From an uncultured Fibrobacterota bacterium (GTDB taxonomy: Bacteria; Fibrobacterota; Chitinivibrionia; Chitinivibrionales; FEN-1185): a stretch of DNA of 64,000 nucleotides. Positions 37,665 through 47,563 of the stretch are shown here, in pieces. The first letter of the stretch is position 1. Each line of letters opens with the position of its first letter. The notes under the pieces are model-generated. The model did not search any database. It saw only the letters and a program-made list of their open reading frames with translations, and was not told where the DNA came from. A program made the position numbers and the translations under genes. The stretch covers positions 160,001 to 224,000 of the forward strand of contig CAVWBU010000024.1 of assembly GCA_963753345.1 (NCBI GenBank), given 5' to 3'.

Positions 37665-40664
37665 TTACCGTGCATGGAATTCATGAAATTTTCGATATAC
37701 CTCTTTGAGAAGATTTTCGCCTACCAGGGTCTTGAAATCCTTGTCATTCATGTACTTCGCGGTGATCTCCTCATTGCTTTCCATGCGGTCGATGAACAGC
37801 CCTTCAAGCGCCTTTACAAAAACATATCCGAAATTTTCCATGGTATTTGCCAAGGCAGCCTGCCGTAAGGCAGGATCAGCCAAGGCATCCTCCTTGATCG
37901 AATCGAAAAAGAGCTGGTCGGAAGGCTTGAACTCGGTCCCAAACCGTTCATTCAGAATGTCGATAAGTTTTGAAAGCTCGATTTTCGGTTCACGCACGAT
38001 ATGAGTGCCAACCTCGGACGGTCCGCTCACCGGATACGGTTTCCCGCTTTCAAGAACAATTGAACCCTCGGAAATCTTTTGGAGCCGGTAATATTTGAGC
38101 GACACTTCATCGTCGAACGAATAGGATATTCCCGAGGAACGTCTTGGTAATTTGACAAGAAGGAAGCGAACAAATGCGTAGAACTTTTCGAGGTCTACAT
38201 CTTGAAACGGAATGATCTGCGAAAGGAAGGAATAGAGATTACGAAAAGCAGACAGAACCTTTCGGAAATTCTCCCGTTCCTCTTCTTCGAGTGCCTTAAA
38301 CCGGCCAACCGCCGGATCGATGGCCGCATTGATGCGGGCGTGGTCGGTGGGCGTCTGGTTCGCCGTGGGCTTAAAGAACGCCTCTGCAAAGGCCTCCACC
38401 TCGGCCTTGTAGTACACCTGCGCCGAATCAAGACGGGCTTGGAGTTCATAAAGATGGCGTGCTTCGACCCGCTCCCCCACTTCAGTTTGTTCATAGTAGG
38501 GCTGAAATGCCTCTACTATTTCTTCCCTATCATTTACAAAATCGAGCACAAAGGTTTCTTCCTTGCCCGGATGAGTGCGATTCAAGCGAGAAAGGGTCTG
38601 AACAGCTTGAATGCCGGAAAGCCGTTTGTCCACGTACATGGTATGAAGGAGCGGCTGGTCAAAGCCGGTTTGGTACTTCTCCGCGACAAGAAGCACCTGG
38701 TACTCGTCGGTTCCGAATTTCTCAGGAAGTTCTTTTTCTTTGATACTCTTATTCATGGCTGGTTCCGTATATGACGCATCCGCGTTTTCATGGTCAATGA
38801 CGGTTCCCGAAAATGCGACAAGTGTCTTGATACCGGCATATCCCTTCTCCGCGATATACTTGTCAAAAGCAATCTTGTACCTGACGGCATGAAGGCGTGA
38901 CGAGGTCACGACCATGGCCTTTGCTCTTCCGCCAATGCGCTGTTTGACGAAGGTTCTGAAGTGCTCGACCATCACCTCTGTCTTCTGGGCGATATTGTGG
39001 GGATGCAGCGACATAAACCTCGCCAGCGCTTTGGCGGCCTTTTTCTTGTCCACCTGCGGATCGTCGGCTATGGATTTGATAAGGCGGTAATAGGTAGTGT
39101 ATGTGACATAGTTCTCCAGGACATCGAGTATGAATTTTTCCTGGATAGCCTGACGCATGCTGTAAAGATGAAAAGGCTCCGGTTTACCGTCTTTTCCGAC
39201 AATGCCGAACATTTCCAGCGTCTTGTATTTCGGGGTGGCCGTAAAGGCGAAGAAACTGATATTCGGCTGGCGGCCGCGGCGGGCAAGGGTCTTGAGAATT
39301 TCCTCTTCGAAATCGGGCAGGCTGCGTTCCTCCGCCTGCTCTGCCGCGGCATCCCCGGCTTCGCGGCCTGCAAGAACGCCCCGCATTTCAGCAGCGCCTT
39401 CCCCGCTCTGCGAGCTGTGCGCTTCGTCGATAATGACCGCATATTTGCGCGACGGCAGGTCGCCGATTTTGTCCGTAACAAAGGGGAATTTCTGTAATGT
39501 GGTAATAACGATTGGAACGGCAGATGAAAGCGCCGCGGCAAGTTGGTTCGAGCTTTCGTCAATTTTCTGCACCACACCCTGCTTATGTTCAAATTGGTAA
39601 ACGGTGTTCTGCAATTGCTGGTCGAGCACCAGGCGATCCGTAATGACAATGACGGAATCAAAAACCTTTTCGTCCTTTGCACTATAGAGGCTCGAAAGCC
39701 GGTGCGCCAACCACGCAATGGAATTGCTTTTCCCGCTTCCTGCCGAATGTTGCACCAGATAATTATTGCCAACGCCGTTTGTGCGTGCGTGCGCTATCAT
39801 CTTCCGCACGGAATCGAGTTGATGGTAACGGGGGAAAATCATGGTCTCTTTCTTGAGTTTCTGCCCGCCGAATATTTTTTCCTCGATTTGCAAATGCAGG
39901 AAGCGTGCAAATATGTCAAGAAAACTGTCCCGCTGCCATACCTCTTCCCACAAATACGCCGTCTTGTACCCGTTTGGATTATCCGGATTGCCTGCCGCCG
40001 TGCCGTTGCCCTTGTTGAAAGGCAGGAAATAGGTGTTCTGCCCTGCAAGCTTCGTAGTCATGTACACTTCATCCGGATCGACGGCAAAATGAACAAGGCT
40101 ACGTTTGCGAAATTGGAAAAAGAGGTCTTTAGGATCGCGGTCGTTTTTATACTGGTGAATGGCATTTCGCCAGGTCTGACCGGTTAGTGGGTTCTTGAGT
40201 TCCGCCGATACTACAGGAATGCCGTTGATGTTGAGTACAAGGTCAATTTCGTTCTTATGGTTTTGGCTGTAACGAAGCTGCCGCGTTACGGTGAGGCGGT
40301 TGGAGTCGTAGAGGCGTTTGATTTCCGGGTTCATTCCGCTTGCGGGCGCAAAATAAGCAACCCTGAAGAGCTTCCCGAAGCACTTGAATCCGTGGCGGAG
40401 AACTTTTAGACACCCCTCACTTTCCGAGTCAAGCGCCTTGCAAAGGTCGTCGAGAAGCGTGGCCTCGGCTTTGCCTTTCTGAAGACCTTCGAGATAATCC
40501 CAGGTGTCCGGCTGAGTTTTTTTGACAAACGGGATAAGCACCGTAGGATCGAGACAGCGTGCCGGGTCGAACGATACCGGATCGCCCCTGGAGAAGTCCC
40601 CTGTGGTGAGAAGGCAATGCTCGATTGCCGTTTCAAAGGCTTTTTCTGAATGGTCGGTGGGCAT
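37665..40664 (-). CDS. hsdR: type I restriction endonuclease subunit R
   Basis: DLVLNINGIP..AELKN nuclease motif; HSAGSGKS; IIDEAHSSQ; FTATPK; QTGFDQP; QTLSRLNR. Confidence 0.96.
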   Translation of the reverse strand: MPTDHSEKAFETAIEHCLLTTGDFSRGDPVSFDPARCLDPTVLIPFVKKTQPDTWDYLEGLQKGKAEATLLDDLCKALDSESEGCLKVLRHGFKCFGKLFRVAYFAPASGMNPEIKRLYDSNRLTVTRQLRYSQNHKNEIDLVLNINGIPVVSAELKNPLTGQTWRNAIHQYKNDRDPKDLFFQFRKRSLVHFAVDPDEVYMTTKLAGQNTYFLPFNKGNGTAAGNPDNPNGYKTAYLWEEVWQRDSFLDIFARFLHLQIEEKIFGGQKLKKETMIFPRYHQLDSVRKMIAHARTNGVGNNYLVQHSAGSGKSNSIAWLAHRLSSLYSAKDEKVFDSVIVITDRLVLDQQLQNTVYQFEHKQGVVQKIDESSNQLAAALSSAVPIVITTLQKFPFVTDKIGDLPSRKYAVIIDEAHSSQSGEGAAEMRGVLAGREAGDAAAEQAEERSLPDFEEEILKTLARRGRQPNISFFAFTATPKYKTLEMFGIVGKDGKPEPFHLYSMRQAIQEKFILDVLENYVTYTTYYRLIKSIADDPQVDKKKAAKALARFMSLHPHNIAQKTEVMVEHFRTFVKQRIGGRAKAMVVTSSRLHAVRYKIAFDKYIAEKGYAGIKTLVAFSGTVIDHENADASYTEPAMNKSIKEKELPEKFGTDEYQVLLVAEKYQTGFDQPLLHTMYVDKRLSGIQAVQTLSRLNRTHPGKEETFVLDFVNDREEIVEAFQPYYEQTEVGERVEARHLYELQARLDSAQVYYKAEVEAFAEAFFKPTANQTPTDHARINAAIDPAVGRFKALEEEERENFRKVLSAFRNLYSFLSQIIPFQDVDLEKFYAFVRFLLVKLPRRSSGISYSFDDEVSLKYYRLQKISEGSIVLESGKPYPVSGPSEVGTHIVREPKIELSKLIDILNERFGTEFKPSDQLFFDSIKEDALADPALRQAALANTMENFGYVFVKALEGLFIDRMESNEEITAKYMNDKDFKTLVGENLLKEVYRKFHEFHAR

Positions 40665-40955
40665 TTCTTATCTTTCGAAATTGTCTATTGCTATTACTTC
40701 CGTATTGCTACTACGCTTCTTTCTGAATGCGGAAGTAGCAAATCGTATCTCGCATTGATTCAATCCATTATATGATTTTACGGCTGCGTTTACTGCTAAT
40801 TCAATCTCTTTTTTATTGCTATTGTTCTTCCATTGTTGACTTATGTTGTCTTTTGTGTTATCTTATTATTGCAGGCAAGCGCAGGATTGTAGAGGTCGCC
40901 GGACAACGGCGGCAGCCCGTTTCGGGTGGGATCCTCGAACCTGGGGCCTGTTAAG

Positions 40956-40989
40956 AAGCGAACTTCTCAATATGAGAGTTCGCTTTTTT
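40956..40989. terminator. terminator-like hairpin at the 3' end of the ATPase gene
   Basis: AAGCGAACT(T)CTCA-ATA-TGAGAGTTCGCTT, with a T-run on the plus strand. Confidence 0.5.
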
Positions 40990-40994
40990 CATTG

Positions 40995-42560
40995 CTATGC
41001 CGAACGCCATGTGGAAATGAATTCCCTGATTTTATTTGCCAATTCATAAACTTCACCACGTTTGGCAGAGGTTTCTTTTTTTGCGAGAATACGCATTATT
41101 TGCGGAGGGGTCTTTGCTAATTCAGTGGCAAATGAAAAAAATCTGTTTTTAGCTATGGCTTGAGGCTTATCGGCAGCATTGGCGTATAATGCGGTCAGGC
41201 GGCCCAATTTTTCGAGAATTATTTCTCCGGTCATGTTGAAAAGCTCGGTATAGTCTTCGGGATGCTGGCTAATTGTCTTCCATGCCCATTCTTCCGGTAC
41301 GTCGTTACCAGGGAGAAAAACAATCTGAGCAATCTGGCCCATTTGGGTAGCTTTCGCTTCCAACTCCGGGCCGATTTCCCTTCCGTCACCGTCAAGTACA
41401 AAGACCATATCATTTAATTTACGAAATTTTCCCAACGTATCAAGATGATTGGAAAATTGGTCTTTTCCGGTATCCCTGCCTACGTCAATATCATTCTGTA
41501 GAAAATCGAGTTCGGGACCCAAATAATCAAGAATACCCCTGATAAAATTTTCCGACTCCTCATCTTCACAAAGGAAAGATAACGTGTTTTGTGATCGACC
41601 GTATAAGGCTTTCTGGATTAAATCGCGATATGCATCTCGTCGAACAACGTTCCTGTTTGACCGCTCCAGAAAAAGCCGCCCTTCGGGTGGCACGGTTTCA
41701 AGAATCGTCGGGCTATGGCTGGTTACCACGATCTGCAGCTTGTTCCGAAGAGCGAGACGTTGTAATTCCAGCATGAGCATTTGCTGTAAATAAGGATGAA
41801 GCCCGGTCTCTACTTCGTCGATCAGCACCAGGGCTTCTGACATTTTCGATACTGCCATAGAGAGTCTCAGGATCGAACGTTCTCCGGCAGACATGTTGAA
41901 TTCCGAATATGAGGGAATGGTTCCGTCGGATTCGGCGCTACGCTGGGCGAACAACAAGTCGCGAACGCCAGAAGAAATTTTATTCAGCGCGGTGTAACGA
42001 TACGGTAAAATGGCATGAGCGAAAGCTATATCCGAAGCGTCAATCACGATGGAGTCATATTGTTTATATGCCAATTGGAGGACACTCCTGACTTCAGAAG
42101 GATTACTTAAATTCGCCAGTGTGCGAAGGTATACTTGTCGTTCAGGTTGCATGGCCTTGGGACGTCCAAAAAAACTCTTGCTCCACTTTTCCTTATTGCG
42201 CTTCCAACGCATCTGCATCGTCGCGCCCAGGTGGATATAGGTAAAAGTCAATTCGGTTTCAAACCGCGTGTCACGAAGATGTTCCTCCCCGCTCGAAGGA
42301 GAAAAAGCCGGAAAAAGACGCGCCGGCGTTAAATCGTAGCGACCAACATTATAAGCGGTAGCCAAGGCAAACAAAACCGTCGACTTACCGCACCCGTTCG
42401 CGCCGGCCAGAACCGAAACAGGGTATGAAAGGGGTACATTCAACTCGGCAATGCCGCGCAGATTCCTGATTTCGATTTTGTCGAGATTTTCCGCGCGGTT
42501 CGGTTTCTGGCCGCGAAGCTGATCCCAGATTTGTTCAAGATTTTTTTTGATCGGATTCAT
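40995..42560 (-). CDS. ABC-type (AAA_21/OLD-like) ATPase fused to TOPRIM-like domain
   Basis: Walker A GANGCGKS, signature MSAGE, Walker B LIDEVETGLHP, H-loop TSHS; C-terminal FLCED, VLDGD, FLPG..PE. Confidence 0.88.
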   Translation of the reverse strand: MNPIKKNLEQIWDQLRGQKPNRAENLDKIEIRNLRGIAELNVPLSYPVSVLAGANGCGKSTVLFALATAYNVGRYDLTPARLFPAFSPSSGEEHLRDTRFETELTFTYIHLGATMQMRWKRNKEKWSKSFFGRPKAMQPERQVYLRTLANLSNPSEVRSVLQLAYKQYDSIVIDASDIAFAHAILPYRYTALNKISSGVRDLLFAQRSAESDGTIPSYSEFNMSAGERSILRLSMAVSKMSEALVLIDEVETGLHPYLQQMLMLELQRLALRNKLQIVVTSHSPTILETVPPEGRLFLERSNRNVVRRDAYRDLIQKALYGRSQNTLSFLCEDEESENFIRGILDYLGPELDFLQNDIDVGRDTGKDQFSNHLDTLGKFRKLNDMVFVLDGDGREIGPELEAKATQMGQIAQIVFLPGNDVPEEWAWKTISQHPEDYTELFNMTGEIILEKLGRLTALYANAADKPQAIAKNRFFSFATELAKTPPQIMRILAKKETSAKRGEVYELANKIREFISTWRSA

Positions 42561-42618
42561 TGAATATCCTCTATTCTTTGTTACAAACTAAAATAACTAT
42601 TCCACAATCGAAATGGCA

Positions 42619-43965
42619 CTATGTAGCACTATTAGGAACTTTCACTTCGTTGCGGACGTCGATTTTGCCGGTGACGGCGGAGGAGATGAGGGAGGTGCGA
42701 TATTTTTGAAGAAGCACAACGCTCTGCGCTACTTTGCCAAAAACCCGATCAACCGAATCAAGCGCCTTTTCAACGGCAGAAACGATTTGAGCCTGTTCGT
42801 CCGTTGGCGGAATCGCTAGAAAAAAATTGCCCAAGTCTTCCATGGACAAATTAGGCTGAGCAGATTGAACGGCGTCTATCCAAAGCCGTTTTTGCATGAA
42901 ATCCGATTGTAAGCAAAAATGCAAGAAAGAGGGATTAGCGCTTGGCTTGGGTCTTATAAAAGCAACGGCTTGATTTGTATTGGCGGGCAGAAACTTCTTT
43001 TCGAGAATAGCAGATTTCCCAATTGTGGCACCTGCTATAACAAAAAGAATATCGGATTCCCGGAGGCATGATCTGAATATGAGCTTATTTGTTTCATCAT
43101 CTATGAAGAATTGTGGATTGGGAGAGACCGTATTGTTTATTATGTTTTCAGCCTTAATAAACCGAACAGTCCCTTCAAGTTCAATTTCTTTGCCAATAGT
43201 AGAAGGAGTTGTACCCTTAGAAATACGATCAGTTTGGAATTTAAGTCGGGATATTTTCCAGTGCTCCGGCACCTTCCCCAACCATTCCACCCCCGAATCC
43301 TTCATCTTCACCTTCGGGTCAAGCCCTTGGGTCACCGCTTGACTTATGAGCGCCACACGTTTCTTCTGCAAGAGCTCGAGTTGTTTGCGCTTCTTTTCTA
43401 TGAGGGTATCTATCCGCTCGGTCTCGCGGTCGAGAAAGGCGGCGATGGCACGTTGTTCGGGGAGAGGGGGAACAGGTATTGGAATATCTCCAACGATATC
43501 TGTGTTAAGGTTAAGTTGGGTGCCAAATTTACCAAGACCGCCATATGGTTTACCACTTGAGAAGATGTAATATAGGAAGTCACGGTTTTGTGAGAGATAT
43601 GGGAAGTAAACAAAGCCGTCGTGAATACAGCACTTTATTTTGGTGATAATAGGCTTGCCTACTGAGCCTGCAATGCTCAAAAAAAGGTCGCCTGGTTGCA
43701 TAGGAACGCTGAGTGATTTGCCCAGAATGGAAAGTCGTTGGGTAGTGGACTTAAGGTAGCGATCACTGGCTGTAACATCTGCAATACGAACCCAAGAATA
43801 TTCACCATCAGCATCGAAATATTTGGGGTCATCTATTGGACGAGGGGACGCACCGCGTTTGACAAGTGATAGCCGTTTGGTTTTCATGACTTGCCAATGA
43901 GATGGAACACGGCCAATCCATTGACTACCCGACTCTTTGTATTGCAGGTGGAATTTGTATCTCAT
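42619..43965 (-). CDS. hsdS: type I RM specificity subunit
   Basis: Two TRDs between repeats YKESGSQWIGRVPSHW / MKDSGVEWLGKVPEHW; PPLPEQ, PPTDEQ, SAVTGKIDV. Confidence 0.95.
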   Translation of the reverse strand: MRYKFHLQYKESGSQWIGRVPSHWQVMKTKRLSLVKRGASPRPIDDPKYFDADGEYSWVRIADVTASDRYLKSTTQRLSILGKSLSVPMQPGDLFLSIAGSVGKPIITKIKCCIHDGFVYFPYLSQNRDFLYYIFSSGKPYGGLGKFGTQLNLNTDIVGDIPIPVPPLPEQRAIAAFLDRETERIDTLIEKKRKQLELLQKKRVALISQAVTQGLDPKVKMKDSGVEWLGKVPEHWKISRLKFQTDRISKGTTPSTIGKEIELEGTVRFIKAENIINNTVSPNPQFFIDDETNKLIFRSCLRESDILFVIAGATIGKSAILEKKFLPANTNQAVAFIRPKPSANPSFLHFCLQSDFMQKRLWIDAVQSAQPNLSMEDLGNFFLAIPPTDEQAQIVSAVEKALDSVDRVFGKVAQSVVLLQKYRTSLISSAVTGKIDVRNEVKVPNSAT

Positions 43966-45977
43966 TCTCCCCCCGCCAGCATCTCCGCAATCTCCCTCTC
44001 AATCCCCTTCAACTCCGCCTCAATCTTCTCCAGCGGTTCCGGCGGCTCATACTTATAGAAATATCTATTGAAATTTATTTCATATCCTATCTTCGTCTTT
44101 TCCTCATCAATCCAGGCATCCGGCACATGCGGCAGCACTTCCCGCTTCATGTATTCGTCAACCTTTTCCTTGAGCGGCACGTTTTCGTAATCCCGTAGTT
44201 CTGAGTCGGGTTCCGGCTTTCCGTCGCTGTCCAGGCATATTTCCGCGGTTGGGTCGCGTTCCGAAAGTGCATCGAGGATTCCATTAAAAAGACCGGAAGA
44301 TACGGGCACATCAGCATCCTTGAGGGCACGCCGCAGAATTGAAATAAACTTCTCCCTGTTTTTGCAGAGTGGCTGCTTCTTTAACGGTTCCAAAACGGAA
44401 AGTACCTGTTTCTGCTGTTCGCGGCCTTCCTTTTCTTCCTGATCTTTGGCTTTTATGTCCTTTTTCTTTTTGCTCTCCGCAAGGCCAACAAATGATGACA
44501 AGACTTTTACCCGTTCAATTCTCTCATCCGAGACAATGAAATTGAGCTTGAGCGGCCTTTCAACGGTGATCCGCCTGTATCCGAAATCTTCATTGTCAAA
44601 TACTTTCACCTTCTCCCCGTCCTTGTAATCCCCATAGAGCCGAACTATTTCTTCAATGTGGGGCTGTGAAATTTCGTTGCGTTTGTTGCCCAGGCTCTTC
44701 CGCATCTTTTGGAAAGCTCCCGTGGCGTCGATCATCTGTATTTTTCCACGCCGCTGTCTGGCTTTGCGGTTGGTGACAATCCAAAGATACGTGCTGATGC
44801 CGGTATTGTAGAAAAGCTGGTCGGGCAAGGCGACAATGGCTTCCAGCCAGTCGTTTTCTATGATCCATTTCCTGATGTTACTCTCGCCGGAATCCGCGCT
44901 GCCGGTAAAAAGCGGCGAACCATTGAAAACAATGGCCAGTCGCGTTCCACCCTCGGCCATTGGTTTCATCTTGCTTATCATGTGCTGAAGGAAAAGAAAC
45001 GAACCATCGTTGATCCGCGGCAGGCCTGCGCCGAAGCGGCCGTCTGTGCCGCGTTCGTTGTATTCCTTGTCAATGAAATCTTTTTCCGGTTTCCATTCGA
45101 CGCCAAAGGGCGGATTTGCGAGCATGTAATCGTATTTCTTACCGGTAAAGTAATCCTCGGTGAAACTGTCCCCGAAACGGATATTCTCGATATTCTGTCC
45201 TTTTATCATCATGTCGGAGCCGCACACGGCAAAGGCTTGGTCGTTGTAGTCCTGTCCGAACACCTCCAGCGTCGCATCCGGATTGAGCTCACGAAGATAA
45301 TCTTCGGAAACCGACAGCATGCCGCCTGTGCCGCACGCAGGGTCAAAAAGCGTTCTTATTGTGCCGGGTTTCCGCAGCAGATCATCATCCGGATCGAAAA
45401 TCAGGTCTACCATGAGGCGGATAACTTCCCTCGGCGTGAAATGGTCTCCGGCCTCTTCGTTGGAGGCTTCGTTAAACCGCCTGATGAGTTCCTCGAATAT
45501 GTATCCCATTTCGATGTTGGAAACGACATCAGGGTGGAGGTCAATTTCACAGAATTTCGAAACGACCAGAAAGAGACGGTTGTGCTTGTCGAGGTTTGCA
45601 ATATGTTCTTCGAACTTGAAATGTTCGATTATTTCTCTCGCATGTGGGGAAAAATTCTTGATGTAGTGAGTAAGGTTTGCTGCAATATTTTCCGGGTCGC
45701 CTTTGAGTTTTTCGAACGTAAACCTGCTCGTGTTGTAAAATGACTGCCCGGAAGCCCGTAGTAGGATTCGTTCCTTGCCGATTTCGTTGAGCTTGCCGCC
45801 TTTCAGTTCCTTGGCCTTGGCAAGGACTTTGTCCTTGGTTGATTCCAGGACGCAATCCAGGCGCCGGAGCACCGTGAGCGGCAACATCACATCTTTATAT
45901 TGGTTGGGACGGTACGGGCCCCGGATCAGGTCGGCAACGCTCCAGATGAAACCCACTTTATCGCTGAAATTGGTCAT
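43962..45977 (-). CDS. hsdM: type I RM N6-adenine methyltransferase subunit
   Basis: FIWSVAD, GDHFTPREV, DPACGTGG, NPPF, FYNTGI. Confidence 0.96.
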   Translation of the reverse strand: MTNFSDKVGFIWSVADLIRGPYRPNQYKDVMLPLTVLRRLDCVLESTKDKVLAKAKELKGGKLNEIGKERILLRASGQSFYNTSRFTFEKLKGDPENIAANLTHYIKNFSPHAREIIEHFKFEEHIANLDKHNRLFLVVSKFCEIDLHPDVVSNIEMGYIFEELIRRFNEASNEEAGDHFTPREVIRLMVDLIFDPDDDLLRKPGTIRTLFDPACGTGGMLSVSEDYLRELNPDATLEVFGQDYNDQAFAVCGSDMMIKGQNIENIRFGDSFTEDYFTGKKYDYMLANPPFGVEWKPEKDFIDKEYNERGTDGRFGAGLPRINDGSFLFLQHMISKMKPMAEGGTRLAIVFNGSPLFTGSADSGESNIRKWIIENDWLEAIVALPDQLFYNTGISTYLWIVTNRKARQRRGKIQMIDATGAFQKMRKSLGNKRNEISQPHIEEIVRLYGDYKDGEKVKVFDNEDFGYRRITVERPLKLNFIVSDERIERVKVLSSFVGLAESKKKKDIKAKDQEEKEGREQQKQVLSVLEPLKKQPLCKNREKFISILRRALKDADVPVSSGLFNGILDALSERDPTAEICLDSDGKPEPDSELRDYENVPLKEKVDEYMKREVLPHVPDAWIDEEKTKIGYEINFNRYFYKYEPPEPLEKIEAELKGIEREIAEMLAGGE

Positions 45978-46120
45978 GGGTAACAGTCCTCTTATGCAAA
46001 GAGTCAATCGCGGTATCAACAGGCAGTGAGGTAATATAATGCCGAAAGAAGTTTACAATCCAGCAATTTCTTAGTTTCAAAGCAATCGTTACCTCTGCGC
46101 GATTTCCTTTCCAACATGGC

Positions 46121-47111
46121 TCAACCGCATCGCCCCATAACCGCCATGCACGCATCAAACACCTGCGAAACCGGAATTGCACTCATGCACGCCTTTCCGC
46201 ACTCGCCGAGAGGAATGGAGGTTGACGGATGGCAATGGAAGCACGCTTCCTGCGGTGCGGAAACAACGGTGACGTTGTCGCCCCCGGGCCGCCACACGGC
46301 CGGATCGGACGGCCCAAACAGCACGACGCTGGGCGCGCCCGCGGCCGCGGCACAGATGGGAAATTCCGGAGTCGTTGCCCACGTAGAAAACGCAGCGGGA
46401 AAAAATATGAACAAGCGCCGGCAGTGAAGCTTCCCGCACAACCCTGTCCTGGGCGCGGGCTGCAACCTTCCGTTCCGCTGGCCCCATGATCCACACGATG
46501 CGGACTTTTCTTTCGGCCAATTGTTCCGCTAAATCAAGATAGCGCTCCAAGGGCCAGTTCTTCCTCGCGCTGCCACTGCCGGGATGCAGTGCGACAAAGG
46601 TTCCGATTCCGTCAAGCAGCCGGTCCGATTCGCTTTTGAATTCTGGATGAGGGGCCAAAGCCGGGAGGTCGCGCGCGGCCCCGGTTCCCATGCCGAAAAG
46701 CGACAAATGGTAATCGCTGACATGAATGCACTGACGCGGAAACGGGTCCTGAAACAGGAGGCGGTGCATTCCGAATTGCCTGAACCGCGCGAGCACCGGG
46801 GAGTCGGGCGCGGTAAAAAGCAGGGCAGACCGGACAGCGGACAATTTGGCCTTTATTGACAAAGGAATTGCCGTCTCGCGTGCGTAAAGCCACGAAAACG
46901 CCGCGCTTTCGACATCCAAGACCTCGTCAAAAAGGCCGCAATGAACGCCCAGGATGCCGTAGGATGGTTTCCCGAGCAGAACTCTTCTGCTTTGAGTGTC
47001 TTGCCTGTTCCATTCCCCCAGCGCAGGAAAGGTGGTGATAAAATCTCCCAGGCCGCCGGTGTGGTAGACAAGAGAGATAGTAGATGATTTTGGTTTGTTG
47101 ATTTGAGGCAT
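46121..47111 (-). pseudogene. glycosyltransferase family 9 (heptosyltransferase-like), +1 frameshift at ~46352 (pseudogene or sequencing error)
   Basis: GGLGD, HPGSG..KNWP, GNDSGISHL in one frame; AAAAGAPSVVLFGPSDP in the next frame. Confidence 0.8.
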
Positions 47112-47150
47112 TGGGTGGAGAGTAAAATAAATTTGAAAAAGAAAAAGAGT

Positions 47151-47316
47151 TGCGCGTTCCCCTGCCTTCGGCAGGGTCGGTCCACCCCTTCGGGTGCTTC
47201 GAGGCGTCGTCCCTGTCGGGCTCGGCCTTCGTCCTCGTTGCCGCCCGTCCCTACCGCCTTCGGCGAGGGATCAGGCGGCAATTCGCTTTAGCTCACCCTC
47301 CGGTCCACCTAACGCG
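47151..47316 (+). repeat. structured intergenic element, family B copy 2
   Basis: Homologous to 8938-9075; several stems closed by TTCG/TTC loops. Confidence 0.75.
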
Positions 47317-47416
47317 CGGCAGAGGAATTCTTATAAGTCAAAATAATTTTCCTACGCCAATCAGCGTCAGCTGGAAAGCAATTAATGCTTTTTTGAACTT
47401 CTCAACTCTCAACTTT

Positions 47417-47539
47417 TCAACTTTCTTTCGTGGGTGCCGCCACAACAATGCATGGTCTTGCGACTGCTTTATCAAGGCGGCCACCCAGGAGGGGGTAGCG
47501 GAGGACCGAAGGGCCGAAGCGAGGGGGATACTTCCCCCT
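47417..47539 (-). repeat. structured intergenic element, family A copy 2
   Basis: Homologous to 6400-6535 in reverse orientation, with a compensatory stem change. Confidence 0.8.
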
Positions 47540-47563
47540 ATAAAAACTTCTTTTCTTATGCTA

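Noticed and set aside
40870-40960. Retron msr/msd or tRNA fragment (GGTTCGA on the minus strand) next to the ATPase-TOPRIM gene
   Set aside because: No reverse transcriptase in the window and no cloverleaf or acceptor-stem context
37631-46120. att sites or direct repeats bounding the RM island
   Set aside because: None found by eye; no integrase or tRNA adjacent
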